Positions 1 to 10,579 are shown, counted from the stretch's first letter. The stretch is DNA of 64,000 bases from an uncultured delta proteobacterium (GCA_963771175.1 CAVYSY010000001.1:128001-192000); one strand, 5' to 3'. Program-made: numbers and translations. Notes: generated from the sequence alone by a model not told the origin.

Positions 1-1
1 G

Positions 2-475
2 CAGACGACCTTCACGGGCCGCGCCGGACCGGTGTCCTACGTCGGGGCGGACGGCACCCGGGGGCTGCTGCCGAGGGTGAAGCTGGAGTTGATGCACGAG
101 GCCGGGCGCTTCGACATGGGTTTCGTCGCCGGGCATGACCTGGTGGGCGCCAGCGGCTTCAGCAACGCGCTGTGGGCCGACTACGCGGGTCTGGTGTTCA
201 ACCATCACTTCACCCACCGGCTGTCGGCGTATGGCGCCACCAGCTTCTTCCGCAACGGGCGCGCGCCGGATGAGGGGGCCTTCACCCTGGGCGGGGGCTC
301 GCGCGTGGCGCAGGGCTACGCGCTGGGGGCGGGGCTTCAGTTCAGGGTCAATGAGTACGTGTCGGTGCAGGGGGCCGTGGACCGCATCGCCCAGGTGGGC
401 GTGGACGGAGCCGCGGAGGACTTCGGGCTGACCCGCAATGTCGCGGCGGTCCGCCTGCACATGACGGCCTGGTAG
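2..475 (+). CDS. exoB: Outer-membrane beta-barrel protein of Wzx/Wzy polysaccharide export (ExoB-like), 5'-truncated by the window
   Basis: Frame is open from base 2. Amphipathic beta-strand pattern ending in an aromatic residue (VRLHMTAW). Lies directly upstream of a polysaccharide co-polymerase, as in the myxobacterial exo locus. Confidence 0.65.
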   Translation, partial: QTTFTGRAGPVSYVGADGTRGLLPRVKLELMHEAGRFDMGFVAGHDLVGASGFSNALWADYAGLVFNHHFTHRLSAYGATSFFRNGRAPDEGAFTLGGGSRVAQGYALGAGLQFRVNEYVSVQGAVDRIAQVGVDGAAEDFGLTRNVAAVRLHMTAW

Positions 476-520
476 GCACGGATGGATGGCGCACAGGTGG
501 AGCGAGAAGGAGGGGCGCAC

Positions 521-1943
521 ATGGAGCGTGGGATGACGGCAGACCAGGTGCTCAAGGCACTGTGGCGCCGAAAGGTGCTGGTCGGGGCCATCGTGCTGGG
601 AGTCTTCGCGGTGGGGGCCGCCATCGTGCTGAGCCAGCCGAGTGTGTACGAAGCGACGGCGGTGGTGCGAGTACAGCCGCAGCGGCCCGGAGAGGAGATG
701 GTGCAGCGCACCGTGAGCGAGCTCGTCGAGCAGCGGCTGCTCACCGTCCGCCAGGAGTTGATGGCGCGCCCCGTCCTGCAGCGGGCCATCGAGGAGATGA
801 ACCTCTATCCGGAGATCGTGTCCGAGGACGGCATGGAGGCCGCCGTCAACCGCATGCGCAAGGAGCTCACCGTGCGCGTGGAGGGCGAGAGCGCCTTCGA
901 GCTGACGTACTCGAGCCGCGACTCCGCAGGTGACGGCGCAGGTGGCCAACCGGCTGCCGGAGATCTTCGCCGAGCAGGCGCTGAAGTCGCGCCAGGAGCA
1001 GGCGGCCCGGGCCACGAAGCTCTTCGAGGATGAGCTGGTGTCGCTCTCCAGGAGCGTCACCGACTGGGAGAAGAAGATCGCCCAGTTCAAGGTGGACCAT
1101 ACGGGCGAGCTGCCCGAGCAGCTCGAGATGAACATGCGCGGGCTGGAGCGCGTGGGCGCGCTGATGCAGACGAAATCCGAGGAGCTGCGCGTGGCCGAGG
1201 CGCGGCGCTCGGAGCTGGCGCGGACGCGCAACGCCGCGGACAGCGAGGCGGGCCGGCTGGAGTCCGCCGAGCACTCCCTCACCGAGGCGCTGGTGGGCGC
1301 CCGCTCCTCCTGGACGGCGGATCACCCCGAGGTGCGGCGGCTCACCCAGGAGCTCGCCTCCATGCGTCAGAAGCGCAAGGACGCCGAGAGCAGCCAGTGG
1401 GTGGAGCGTCAGGAGCGCGCCCGCGTGGCCGACCTCATCGGCACCATCCAGAAGGAGATCGAGGGGCTGCACCAGCAGGCCAGCGACTACCAGGAGCGGC
1501 TGGACCGCACTCCGAAGTGGGCCCACGAGCTGGGCGTGCTGCAGCGCGACTATGAGATCGCCCGCACCAAGTACCAGAGCGTGGTGTCGCGCCGGGTGGA
1601 GGCGGAGATCGCCCAGGAGCTGGAGGCCAAGAGCGCAGAGAGCCTCTTCAACGTGGTGTCCCCGGCGGGCGTGCCGGCGTCGGCGGCCCGGCCGGACCGG
1701 ATGAGCGGCCTGCTGATCGCCTTCCTGATCGCCCTCGGCCTGGGGGTCCTCACCGGGGTGGTGCTGGAGATGCGTGACGACAGCATCCGTGACACCCAGG
1801 AGCTGCGCGAGCGCCTGCCTCTCCCCGTGCTCGCGGTGGTCCCGAACATGCAAGGCAAGGGGGAGAAGCGGGTGCTGATGCCCGCCACGGGAGCTCGCAA
1901 TGGGGTGGTGACACCGCCTTCGTCGGACTCGCCTCTGAACTAG
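521..1943 (+). CDS. exoC: Polysaccharide co-polymerase (GumC/Wzc-N-like); one apparent +1 frameshift near 923
   Basis: ATG 521 follows AGGAGG. N-terminal TM (VLVGAIVLGVFAVGAAIVL), coiled coil with DHPEV motif, C-terminal TM. ORFs 482-1033 and 930-1943 join if the extra T in gacTccgcag is removed (SRDPQVTAQ). Confidence 0.85.
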
Positions 1944-1983
1944 GGAACCTCGGGTGAGCAACGCGAAAGTTGGGAGGGCTGAG

Positions 1984-2721
1984 ATGGAACAGACGATGGA
2001 GCGGGCGGGAAACTTCCTTCCCCGAGTGGATGACGCCGCGGGCTCTCCGAACGCGGTGGACAAGCGGGTGGTGTCGCTGACGGCACCGGCCTCGAGCGCG
2101 GCGGAGCAGTACCGCAGCCTCTACTATCGGCTGGAGCGGATGCGCGAGCTGCGGCCGCTCAAGGTGGTGGGCATCACCTCGGCGCTGCCCGGCGAGGGCA
2201 AGACGGTCACCACGGTGAACCTCGCCCTGGTGGCGGCCCGGGCCAACCCCGAGCGGCGCATCCTGCTCATCGACGCGGACCTGCGTCGCGGTCAGGTGGC
2301 CGACGTGCTCGGCATCAGGGGCCGGCCGGGGCTGTCGGAGTTGCTGGCCGGCGAGTGCGAGGTGCGCGACCTGGTGCGCCGCTTCCATGCCACGCGCATG
2401 GCCGTCATCACCGCGGGCGCCACGCCGGAGGAGCCCACCCAGGCGCTCGCCAGCGGGAAGATGAAGCAGTTCCTCAAGGTGGTGCGCGAGCACTTCGACG
2501 AGGTGTACGTGGACCTGCCGCCCACGCTGCCGTTCGCGGACTCGGCGATCCTCGGCCACCAGACGGACGGCCTGCTGATGGTGGTGCGGGCCAACGTCAC
2601 CCCGGCCCGGGCCATCAACCAGGCCGTGGAGCAGCTCGGCGGCGCACCCATCGTGGGCTGCGTGCTGAACGGGGCGGAGCTGAGCGACACCCCGTACATG
2701 AAGAACTACCTGCGGAAGTAG
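1984..2721 (+). CDS. exoD: Bacterial tyrosine (BY) kinase, CapB/CpsD family
   Basis: Walker A GEGKT, A' DADLR, Walker B YVDLPP, AEQYRSL motif; GGGAGG upstream of ATG 1984. Confidence 0.9.
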   Translation: MEQTMERAGNFLPRVDDAAGSPNAVDKRVVSLTAPASSAAEQYRSLYYRLERMRELRPLKVVGITSALPGEGKTVTTVNLALVAARANPERRILLIDADLRRGQVADVLGIRGRPGLSELLAGECEVRDLVRRFHATRMAVITAGATPEEPTQALASGKMKQFLKVVREHFDEVYVDLPPTLPFADSAILGHQTDGLLMVVRANVTPARAINQAVEQLGGAPIVGCVLNGAELSDTPYMKNYLRK

Positions 2722-2805
2722 GCATACCGGCGACCCGGCCGCGCAAGGGGGGACTCCTGACCGGGTGACATGGCGAGGGGCGACGAGGCGGTAGGAGGGT
2801 CATCC

Positions 2806-4191
2806 GTGCTTCGGGTTTTCCACCATTACTTCTCATCCAGGAAGCTGACGCTCTTCGTCATCGAGGGCGCCGCCATCGCCCTGGCCTGCCTGCTGGGGGC
2901 GGCATGCGTGTCGAGGGTGCTGGCGCCAACGAACACCCACCTGTCGCTGGCCCAGTCACTGCCGGCGCTGCTGCTGCTGGGGGCCACCTTCGTCCCCACG
3001 TTCCAGTTCGCCCTCTACCTGATGGATCTGTATGACCTGCGGGTGGCGGCGGAGGATCGGGGCCGGGGTGCGCGGCTCCTCAAGGCGGCCGGGGTGACGA
3101 CGGCCGTCGTCGGGGTGTTGATGCTGGCGGCGCCGACGGTGCTGCCGGTGCGCCTGCCGCCCGGGGCGCTGCTGGGCGGGGCCATGGGGGCGCTGGGCGG
3201 GACGTTGCTGGTGCGTGCCTCACTGCGCGCGGTGGTGGGCGTCCCCAGCCGGGTGCTCATCGTGGGGGATGGGCTCAAGGCGCGCGCGGTGGCCAGCGCC
3301 ATCGAGCAGGGCTGCGAGGACAGCTTCCGGGTGGTGGCCCTGGTGGACCCCCGGCGGGCGGTGGCCGAGGGCAAGCAGCTCGAGCAGGTGGACGCGCTGG
3401 CCGAGCGGCTCGGGGCCGAGTTCGTGGTGCAGGCCGCGGATGACATGCGCGGGGCCAACTGGATGGAGGCGCTCCTGCGCTGCCGCCTGGCGGGGCGCCG
3501 GGTGTACGACGCCAGCGGCTTCTGCGAGCGCGTGCTGCGCCGCATTCCGGTGGCCCATCTGCGCACCAGCGACTTCGCCTTCGCGGACGAGCTGACGGTC
3601 TCGCCGCTGCGGCGCATGACCAAGCGGGCCTTCGACGTCGCCGTGGCCTCGGTGCTGCTGCTGTGCGCCGCGCCCTTCCTGGTGCTGGTGGCGCTGGCCA
3701 TCAAGCTGGACTCGAAGGGTCCTCTCTTCTACCGGCAGGAGCGCGTGGGGCTGGGCGGCAGGCGCTACTGGCTGTGGAAGTTCCGCAGCATGCGCACGGA
3801 CGCGGAGAAGGACGGGGCGGTGTGGGCCCGGGCCAATGACGACCGCGTCACCCGGATGGGGCGCTTCATCCGCAAGACGCGCATCGACGAGATTCCCCAG
3901 GTGTTCAACGTGCTGGTGGGGGACATGAGCTTCGTGGGGCCTCGGCCGGAGCGCCCCGTCTTCGTCGAGCAGCTCAAGCAGCAGATTCCCTTCTACGGGC
4001 TGCGCGAGGCGGTGAAGCCCGGCATCACCGGGTGGGCGCAGATCCGCTACCCCTACGGAGCGTCGGTGGAGGATGCTCGCAACAAGCTGGAGTTCGACCT
4101 GTACTACGTGAAGAACGGCTCCCTGTTCCTGGACCTCGGCATCATCTTCCACACCGTCAGGCACGTGTTGCTGGCGCGGGGAGCGAGGTAG
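2806..4191 (+). CDS. exoE: Polyisoprenyl-phosphate hexose-1-phosphate transferase (priming sugar transferase)
   Basis: N-terminal TM helices; KRAFD, KFRSM, RIDEIPQ, GDMSFVGPRPE, KPGITGWAQ motifs; GTG start after AGGAGG. Confidence 0.92.
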   Translation: MLRVFHHYFSSRKLTLFVIEGAAIALACLLGAACVSRVLAPTNTHLSLAQSLPALLLLGATFVPTFQFALYLMDLYDLRVAAEDRGRGARLLKAAGVTTAVVGVLMLAAPTVLPVRLPPGALLGGAMGALGGTLLVRASLRAVVGVPSRVLIVGDGLKARAVASAIEQGCEDSFRVVALVDPRRAVAEGKQLEQVDALAERLGAEFVVQAADDMRGANWMEALLRCRLAGRRVYDASGFCERVLRRIPVAHLRTSDFAFADELTVSPLRRMTKRAFDVAVASVLLLCAAPFLVLVALAIKLDSKGPLFYRQERVGLGGRRYWLWKFRSMRTDAEKDGAVWARANDDRVTRMGRFIRKTRIDEIPQVFNVLVGDMSFVGPRPERPVFVEQLKQQIPFYGLREAVKPGITGWAQIRYPYGASVEDARNKLEFDLYYVKNGSLFLDLGIIFHTVRHVLLARGAR

Positions 4192-4291
4192 CGGAGGGGC
4201 AGGCCGGGCCCGTTGAGGCTCGAGTGCCGCCACCGGGGGGCCGGTGGCGGGGGTGTACGGATGGGGTTGGAGAGGGGACGGGGACGGGGAC

Positions 4292-5362
4292 ATGCTCGAG
4301 TCGGAATCGCCTCTCGACGAGGCGTTGGGGGAGAGTGCGCGCCGGACGGCCAGCCGGAACGAGCTGCTGCAGGCGCTCGACGTACGGCCGACGCGCATCG
4401 TGGCCATGGGGGGCGGGACGGGTCTCCCCATGGTGCTGCGGGGTCTGGCCCGGCGTGCCGGGCCGAGAGCGGGGGAGCCGGGCCTGGATATCACCGCCGT
4501 CGTGGCGATGAGCGATGACGGGGGAAGCTCCGGCCGGCTGCGGCGCTCGCGCGGGGTGTTGCCGCCGGGAGACGTGCGCAACTGTCTGGTGGCCCTCGCG
4601 GGCGGCAAGGGCACCAGCCCGCTCAGCGAGGTCTTCCAGTACCGCTTCGCCGGGAAGCGGGGGCTGGCGGGCCACGCGGTGGGCAACCTGCTGATCGCCG
4701 CGCTCGCCGAGCTCAAGGGGGACTTCCTGGAGGCGGTGCGCGTCTCCGGGGAGCTGCTCGGGGTGAAGGGGCGGGTGCTGCCCAGCACCACCTCGCCGGT
4801 GCAGCTCGTGGCGCGAATGGAGGACGCCACCGAGGTGGTGGGCGAGCGCAACATCTGCCGCGTCCATGGCCGTATCCAGAAGGTGCTGCTCAGCCCCCAC
4901 GCGCCGCCTCCGGTCGACGGGCTGCTGGAGGCCATCTACACCGCGGACCTCATCGCCATCGGGCCGGGCTCGCTGTACTCGAGTCTCATGCCCAACCTGC
5001 TGGTGGACGGGGTGGCCCAGGCGCTGTGCGAGACGCGGGCGCTGAAGGTGCTGGTGGCCAACTTGATGACGCAGCCGGGCGAGACGGATGGCATGGACTG
5101 CCTGGACCACGTGCGCGCCGTCATCGACCACGTGGGCCCGCTGCTGGACGCGGTGCTGGTCAACGGTGCCTCGCCCTCCGACGAGGCCGTCCGCCGCTAC
5201 GGGCTCAAGGGCTCGTCCCCCGTCCGGGTGGATCGCCGCGCCCTCATCAGCGCGGGCGTCGTCCCGGTGGAGGCGGATCTCCTCAAGGAGGGCCCACGGA
5301 TCCGCCACGACAGCCGCAAGGTGGCGCGCTGCCTGCTGAAGATGGCGCGCACCGGGTTGTAG
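4292..5362 (+). CDS. exoF: YvcK/CofD-like (UPF0052) gluconeogenesis-factor family protein
   Basis: GGGTG, SDDGGSSGRLR, PPGDVRN, GHAVGNL and GPGSLYSS motifs; position after exoE. Confidence 0.85.
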   Translation: MLESESPLDEALGESARRTASRNELLQALDVRPTRIVAMGGGTGLPMVLRGLARRAGPRAGEPGLDITAVVAMSDDGGSSGRLRRSRGVLPPGDVRNCLVALAGGKGTSPLSEVFQYRFAGKRGLAGHAVGNLLIAALAELKGDFLEAVRVSGELLGVKGRVLPSTTSPVQLVARMEDATEVVGERNICRVHGRIQKVLLSPHAPPPVDGLLEAIYTADLIAIGPGSLYSSLMPNLLVDGVAQALCETRALKVLVANLMTQPGETDGMDCLDHVRAVIDHVGPLLDAVLVNGASPSDEAVRRYGLKGSSPVRVDRRALISAGVVPVEADLLKEGPRIRHDSRKVARCLLKMARTGL

Positions 5363-5369
5363 GGCGGGC

Positions 5370-5397
5370 GGGGCTCCACCCCGGGAGGTGGAGCTCC
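5370..5397. terminator. GC-rich hairpin between convergent genes (possible bidirectional terminator)
   Basis: GGGGCTCCACC / GGTGGAGCTCC inverted repeat with a 6-nt loop; no U-tract. Confidence 0.45.
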
Positions 5398-5402
5398 CTG
5401 TC

Positions 5403-6809
5403 TCACGCCGCCTGGGACCGAGGGGCGAAGGCCGGCTCCGGCTGGCGGTTCAGATCGGCCGCGGCCGGCCTGGAGGTGAGCGCCTTGAGCACCATCCGCG
5501 GGGAGAAGAGGGCCGCGGGCGACTCGAGCATGTGCATGACCCGCACGAACGTCCGCAGCGCTTCCTCATCGTGGTTCGCGAGCCGATGCACCTGGTCGCC
5601 GTACCAGTTCAGCAGGCCGCTCGCCGGCGGGCGCTTGCCCTCCACCTCGGGGAAGCGCAGGTCCCCACTGGTTGCCATGGACCAGGGCAGCTCGAGCAGC
5701 TTGCCCACTTGCTGGCGGTAGCGCTGGGACACTCCGCCCAGGCCCTGGCGCAGGCACTCGCCCAGCGTCTGGGCCTGCAGCGCGCCCGTGGTCATGCCCT
5801 GGCCGTAGATGGGGTTGAACGAGCAGAACGCGTCCCCCACCGTGACCAGGCCCTCGGGGAAGCGCGGCAGCCGCTCATAGTGACGCCGCTGGTTGTGCGA
5901 GAAGCGGAAGACGGTGATGGGCGAGAGGGGCTCGGCGTGCCTGAGCGCCTCGTGGATGTGCGGCTGGCGCAGGCTCCGGGCGAACTCGACGTAGCCGGCA
6001 TCGTCCAGCGGTGGTTGCTCGCCCAGCCATCCCCCCATCGAGACGAGCCAGCGATCGCCCTCGATGTTCTGGATGGAGGCCAGCCGCCGCTCCTTGGGGA
6101 GCTCGGGCGCGATGCTCATCATCTTCCAGTTCCCCACGAAGTCGGGCGGCCGCCGGTAGAGGCGGCTGGCGTAGACCACGTCCACGTGGATGCGCGTCTC
6201 CTCCACGCGCGGGTAGCCCAGCGCCTCCAGCCACTGGGGCGTGCGCGAGCCGCGGCCACTGGCGTCCACGACCAGCTCGCCCTCGAGCGTCTCCTCTTGT
6301 CCGCCCCCGGGCGCCCGGAGCTGGACGCCGGTGACGCGGGCCTTGTCCGCGCTCGTCAGGTAGCCGGTCACCTCGCGGCCGTCGAGGACCGTCACGTGGG
6401 GCAGGGCCTGGAGCTGCTCGCGGAGCACGCTCTCCAGCAGCGGCCGACTCTGCGCGTAGAAGGTGATGCCACTCGGGATGCGAGGGCGCCAGATGCCGGA
6501 CATGTACCAGGCATGGTCCGCGGTCATGTCCATGAAGTTGGAGCCGGCGGCCTTCAGGGCCTCCCGGAAGCCGGGGAAGAGCTCGCAGAGGATGTCCATG
6601 CCGCGCGTGAGCAGACCGTGGACGTGCATTCCCTGGGGGACGCCCTTGCGCGGCTGTGCGCCCGGCTCGAAGCGGTCCCGCTCCACCAGCGTGACGCGCT
6701 CGAAGTGACGGGCGAGTACGCCCGCTGCGATCAGCCCCGCCATGCTGCCGCCAGAGATGATGGCGTGCTTGCCAACAGGGTTGGAGGGAACGGCGTTCGG
6801 TGTGCTCAT
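5403..6809 (-). CDS. FAD-dependent monooxygenase/epoxidase-like oxidoreductase
   Basis: GGSMAGL Rossmann motif, RKGVPQGxHxH, DASGRGS and GDAFCSFNPIYGQGM motifs. Confidence 0.85.
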   Translation of the reverse strand: MSTPNAVPSNPVGKHAIISGGSMAGLIAAGVLARHFERVTLVERDRFEPGAQPRKGVPQGMHVHGLLTRGMDILCELFPGFREALKAAGSNFMDMTADHAWYMSGIWRPRIPSGITFYAQSRPLLESVLREQLQALPHVTVLDGREVTGYLTSADKARVTGVQLRAPGGGQEETLEGELVVDASGRGSRTPQWLEALGYPRVEETRIHVDVVYASRLYRRPPDFVGNWKMMSIAPELPKERRLASIQNIEGDRWLVSMGGWLGEQPPLDDAGYVEFARSLRQPHIHEALRHAEPLSPITVFRFSHNQRRHYERLPRFPEGLVTVGDAFCSFNPIYGQGMTTGALQAQTLGECLRQGLGGVSQRYRQQVGKLLELPWSMATSGDLRFPEVEGKRPPASGLLNWYGDQVHRLANHDEEALRTFVRVMHMLESPAALFSPRMVLKALTSRPAAADLNRQPEPAFAPRSQAA

Positions 6810-7056
6810 ACGGTCCTCGGCTAGAAAAGGAGTCGGAGAGTAGGCGACACGTCTGGAGGCGTCGAATGACGGACTCCTGGCTCGTTCCTCCCTGGTTCAT
6901 GCGGTGTCCGACAGATGACCGGCCGGACCCGTCCGCTCGAACGCTCCCCATCGGGTGAAATGGGGCTCGTGGGTTGTTGGCGGGCAGGGCCGTTACCACC
7001 TTGCGGCGCACGCGGGACCTCGGGGGCCCCGCGCCGTCAGGAGCCGGACACAAATC

Positions 7057-8175
7057 ATGGAAGCCAGACAGCTCACCCCCGCGCCAGGCATCGTCGAGGT
7101 GACGGATCGCACCTCCTTCATGTCTCTCGAGCCGGAGTGGAACGCGCTCGTGGGGTCCACGGCCGACGAGCCCTTCTATCGCCATGAGTTCCTCCGGGTG
7201 TGGGTGGACAACTTCGCCCCGGAGTCGCGGCTGCGTGTGCTGACGCTGCGTGATGGGGAAGGGCACCTCGCCGCGGGCCTGCCGCTGCTGGCCGGGCGCG
7301 CCTCGATGTATGGCGTGCCGGTGCGACAGCTCTCCGCCACGGCCAACTCGCACTCGTGCCGCTTCGATTTGGTGGCGCGCGAGCCCGAGGTCGCCGCGAA
7401 GGCGTTCCTCGGACACCTGCGCGAGGACTCGAGCTGGGACGTGCTGCTGCTCACGGACGTGCCCGAGGGGGGCGCGGGCTGGACGCTGTACGAGGCGGCG
7501 AAGGCCTCGGGGCTGCCGGTGGGGACGTGGGAGTCGCTGCGGTCGCCCTACATCCCGCTGCCGGGCTCGTGGGACGAGTACCAGAAGACACTTCAGTCCA
7601 AGTTCAAGGCCAACTGCCGCCGCCGGCGCCGCAAGCTGGAGGAGAAGGGCCGCGTCACGGTGGAACGCGTGGAGGGAGGGCTCGAGCTGGAGGCACGGCT
7701 GGAGGAGGGCTTCGCGCTGGAGGCGAGCGGGTGGAAGGGCCGTCGCGGCACGGCCATGGCGCAGGACGCGCGCACCCGGGGCTTCTACTCGGAGCTGGCG
7801 CGGGACGCGGCGTACGCGGGCCGGCTGGTGCTCTATTACATGAGGCTGGACGGGCGCGCGGTGGCCTTCCAGTACGCGCTGGAGTACGGCGGGCGCTACT
7901 TCCTGCTCAAGCCCGGCTACGACGAGTCGCTGGGGGACTGCAGCCCGGGTCAGCTCCTCATGGAGGACGTGCTGCGCGACTGCATGCAGCGGGGCGTGCG
8001 CGAGCTCGACTTCCTCGGGCCGGACATGGTGTGGAAGCGGGACTGGACGGACAAGGTCCGCCGCCACACCTGGCTCTACCTCTTCAACGACACGGCTTTG
8101 GGTCGCGCGCTGTGCGCGGCGAAGTTCCGCTGGGCTCCGGTGGCCAGGGAGGTGGTGGCGCGATGGAAGCGGTGA
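7057..8175 (+). CDS. exoG: GNAT-family (CelD/BcsL-like) N-acetyltransferase
   Basis: SKFKANCRRRRRKL, KPGYDE...SPGQLL and ELDFLG...WKRDWT motifs; order within the exo locus. Confidence 0.82.
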   Translation: MEARQLTPAPGIVEVTDRTSFMSLEPEWNALVGSTADEPFYRHEFLRVWVDNFAPESRLRVLTLRDGEGHLAAGLPLLAGRASMYGVPVRQLSATANSHSCRFDLVAREPEVAAKAFLGHLREDSSWDVLLLTDVPEGGAGWTLYEAAKASGLPVGTWESLRSPYIPLPGSWDEYQKTLQSKFKANCRRRRRKLEEKGRVTVERVEGGLELEARLEEGFALEASGWKGRRGTAMAQDARTRGFYSELARDAAYAGRLVLYYMRLDGRAVAFQYALEYGGRYFLLKPGYDESLGDCSPGQLLMEDVLRDCMQRGVRELDFLGPDMVWKRDWTDKVRRHTWLYLFNDTALGRALCAAKFRWAPVAREVVARWKR

Positions 8176-9338
8176 AGCATACGAGGTTGTTCGTTCCCGC
8201 CCAGCCCACGCTGTGGCCGGGCATGCTGTTCGGCCACCGCGAGCCGAGCGGCTTCATGCCCTTCAGCGCGCCCAACGTCCGCTGGTTCTACTTCGCCCGC
8301 AACGCCGTCTGGACGACGGTGAAGATGCTGGGGCTGGACAAGGGCGAGGTGCTGATGCCGGCCTATCACCACGGTGTGGAGGTGGAGGCGGTGGTGGACG
8401 CCGGCGCCATGCCGCGCTTCTACCGGGTGGGCAGCCGCTGGGACGTGGATGTGGAGGACGTGGAGCGGTGCCTCGGGCCGAAGACGAAGGCGCTCTACCT
8501 CACCCACTACGCGGGCTTCCCGGGTCCGGTGGACGCGATGCGCGCCCTGGCGGACAAGCACGGCCTGCCGCTCATCGAGGACTGCGCCCTGTCGCTGCTG
8601 AGCGCGGATGGCTCGGTGCCGCTCGGGACGACGGGGGACATCGGCATCTTCTGCCTCTACAAGACGCTGCCGCTGCCGCACGGCGGGGCGCTCACCGTCA
8701 ACGGCCCCCGGCAGTACAGCCTGCCCGAGCCTCCCGCGCCGCCGTTCGCCTCCACGCTGAGCCACACCCTTTCCGCGCTGCTGCAGAACCTGGAGCTGCG
8801 CGGTGGGGCGTTCGGGCGCGGGGTGCGCCGCTTCATCCGGAGCCTCGGCAGGGGGGCGGTGAAGGCGGCGGACATCGAGCGGGTGGCCACGGGCACGCAG
8901 CACTTCGACAGGCGCCACGTGGACCTGGGGATGAGCCCGTTCGCGAAGCGGATCGCCCAGGCGCAGGATCTGGAGGCCATCGTCGAGCGGCGGCGGCGCA
9001 ACTACTTCTTCCTGCTGGGGCGGCTGCGGGACGTGTCGCCGCCGCTGTTCAACCAGCTCCCCGCGGGGGTGAGCCCGCTCTTCTACCCGCTGGTGGTGGA
9101 GGACAAGGCGGAGGTGCTCGCGCGGCTGCACGCGAGGGGCCTCGAGGCCATCGACTTCTGGAGGCACTTCCACCCGGCGTGCGACGCGGCGGCCTTCCCC
9201 GAGGTGGCACAGCTCCGCCGGAGCATCGTGGAGATTCCCTGCCACCAGGACCTCACGCCGGAGGTGATGGCGGAAGTGGCCACGGTGGTGCGCGGGGCGC
9301 TGACGACGGATCGCCGCAGCCGCAAGCACGCGGGCTGA
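8163..9338 (+). CDS. exoH: DegT/DnrJ/EryC1/StrS-family PLP-dependent sugar aminotransferase
   Basis: True start MEAVKH at 8163 overlaps the exoG end. EVLMPAY, THYAG, IEDCA, FCLYKTLP (PLP lysine) and IPCHQ motifs. Confidence 0.85.
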   Translation: MEAVKHTRLFVPAQPTLWPGMLFGHREPSGFMPFSAPNVRWFYFARNAVWTTVKMLGLDKGEVLMPAYHHGVEVEAVVDAGAMPRFYRVGSRWDVDVEDVERCLGPKTKALYLTHYAGFPGPVDAMRALADKHGLPLIEDCALSLLSADGSVPLGTTGDIGIFCLYKTLPLPHGGALTVNGPRQYSLPEPPAPPFASTLSHTLSALLQNLELRGGAFGRGVRRFIRSLGRGAVKAADIERVATGTQHFDRRHVDLGMSPFAKRIAQAQDLEAIVERRRRNYFFLLGRLRDVSPPLFNQLPAGVSPLFYPLVVEDKAEVLARLHARGLEAIDFWRHFHPACDAAAFPEVAQLRRSIVEIPCHQDLTPEVMAEVATVVRGALTTDRRSRKHAG

Positions 9339-9367
9339 GCTGCTGAAACAGACACGAGGTTCATACC

Positions 9368-10579
9368 GTGATTCACGAAGCGGAATTGTCTCCCAAGCCG
9401 AGCCCCGCTCTGTGGTTGGACGTGAGCGCCGTGGGGGACTTGTCGAAGCTGGCGGCCATGCGGGGCGCCTGGAACGCGCTGCTCGACGCGAGCAACGCGG
9501 GGCCCTTCAACGCGTGGGAGTGGCTGTACCCGTGGTGCCGGCGCATCGGGGCGGACCGGACGCCCTTCGTGTTGCAGGCGAAGGACCGGAGCGGCGAGCT
9601 GGTGGGGCTGATGCCGCTGGGCTTCGAGTACCAGTGGGTGCTTGGGCGTCCCATCCGGCGCCTGGCGTTCCTGGGCGAGACGCACGTGGGCAGCGACTAC
9701 CTGGACGTGGTCGCGCGGCGCGAGTGCGAGGAGGAGGTGACGCACGCCTTCGCCGGAGCCCTGTGGGAGCTGAGGGACCAGTGGGACGTACTGGACCTGA
9801 CGGACCTGCGCGAGGACTCGCTGTCGGTGCGGGTGCTGCGGGAGACCTTCGAGAAGAACCGGGCGGATTTCCGGATGTCGACGCGGTACGTGTGCCCGTA
9901 CGAGTCGCTGCCCAAGGGCGAGTCCTTCGATGACTTCCTGCGGCGCACGAGCCGGCGGGACAACTTCCTGCGCCGGAAGAAGTGGCTGGAGAAGCAGGAG
10001 GGCTACCGCATCGAGAAGACGGAGGCGCCGGGCGCGCTGGCGGGGCCGCTGACGGACTTCTTCCGGCTGCACGCGATGCGGTGGGAGTCGGACGGGGGCT
10101 CGCAGGGCATCAAGGGCCGGGGCGTCGAGGCCTTCCACCGGGATGCCACGCAACTGCTCGCCGAGCGAGGCCGGCTGCGCCTCTACACGATGAAGGTGGG
10201 GGGCCAGGCGGTGGCCTCGGTGTACGGCATCCTGCATCGGGACTCGTTCATCTACTTCCAGTCCGGCTATGACCCGGCCTGGCGCAACCGCAGCGTGGGG
10301 CTGGTGCTGGTGGGCGAGACGTTCCGCGACGCCCTCGAGGCCGGGCTCACCGAGTACGACTTCCTCCGGGGCACCGAGTCCTACAAGTCCGACTGGACGA
10401 CGCAGCAGCGGCGCACGGTGTCCCTGCGGGTGCTCTCGCCCGGCGGGGGAGGGGAGTGGCTCGTCCGGCGCGAGGCGGCGATGCGGCGGGTTCGCGAGGT
10501 GGCCCGGCGAGTGCTGCCGCGGAATGCGGTGGAGCGGGTGCGCCGGTGGCGGCGCGAGCTCGCCGCGGTGCGCGGATAG
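9368..10579 (+). CDS. exoI: GNAT-family (CelD/BcsL-like) N-acetyltransferase
   Basis: GSDYLD, YFQSGYDP...SVGLVL and YDFLRGTESYK motifs; last gene of the exo locus. Confidence 0.82.
   Translation: MIHEAELSPKPSPALWLDVSAVGDLSKLAAMRGAWNALLDASNAGPFNAWEWLYPWCRRIGADRTPFVLQAKDRSGELVGLMPLGFEYQWVLGRPIRRLAFLGETHVGSDYLDVVARRECEEEVTHAFAGALWELRDQWDVLDLTDLREDSLSVRVLRETFEKNRADFRMSTRYVCPYESLPKGESFDDFLRRTSRRDNFLRRKKWLEKQEGYRIEKTEAPGALAGPLTDFFRLHAMRWESDGGSQGIKGRGVEAFHRDATQLLAERGRLRLYTMKVGGQAVASVYGILHRDSFIYFQSGYDPAWRNRSVGLVLVGETFRDALEAGLTEYDFLRGTESYKSDWTTQQRRTVSLRVLSPGGGGEWLVRREAAMRRVREVARRVLPRNAVERVRRWRRELAAVRG

Noticed and set aside
4274..4291. GGGGAC x3 short tandem repeat before exoF
   Set aside because: Too short and GC-rich to support a function beyond possibly serving as the RBS.
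7356..8162. N-terminal 270 aa of the 660-aa ORF 7356-9338
   Set aside because: Overlaps exoG in another frame and has low-complexity Gly/Arg/Ala content; the aminotransferase starts at 8163.
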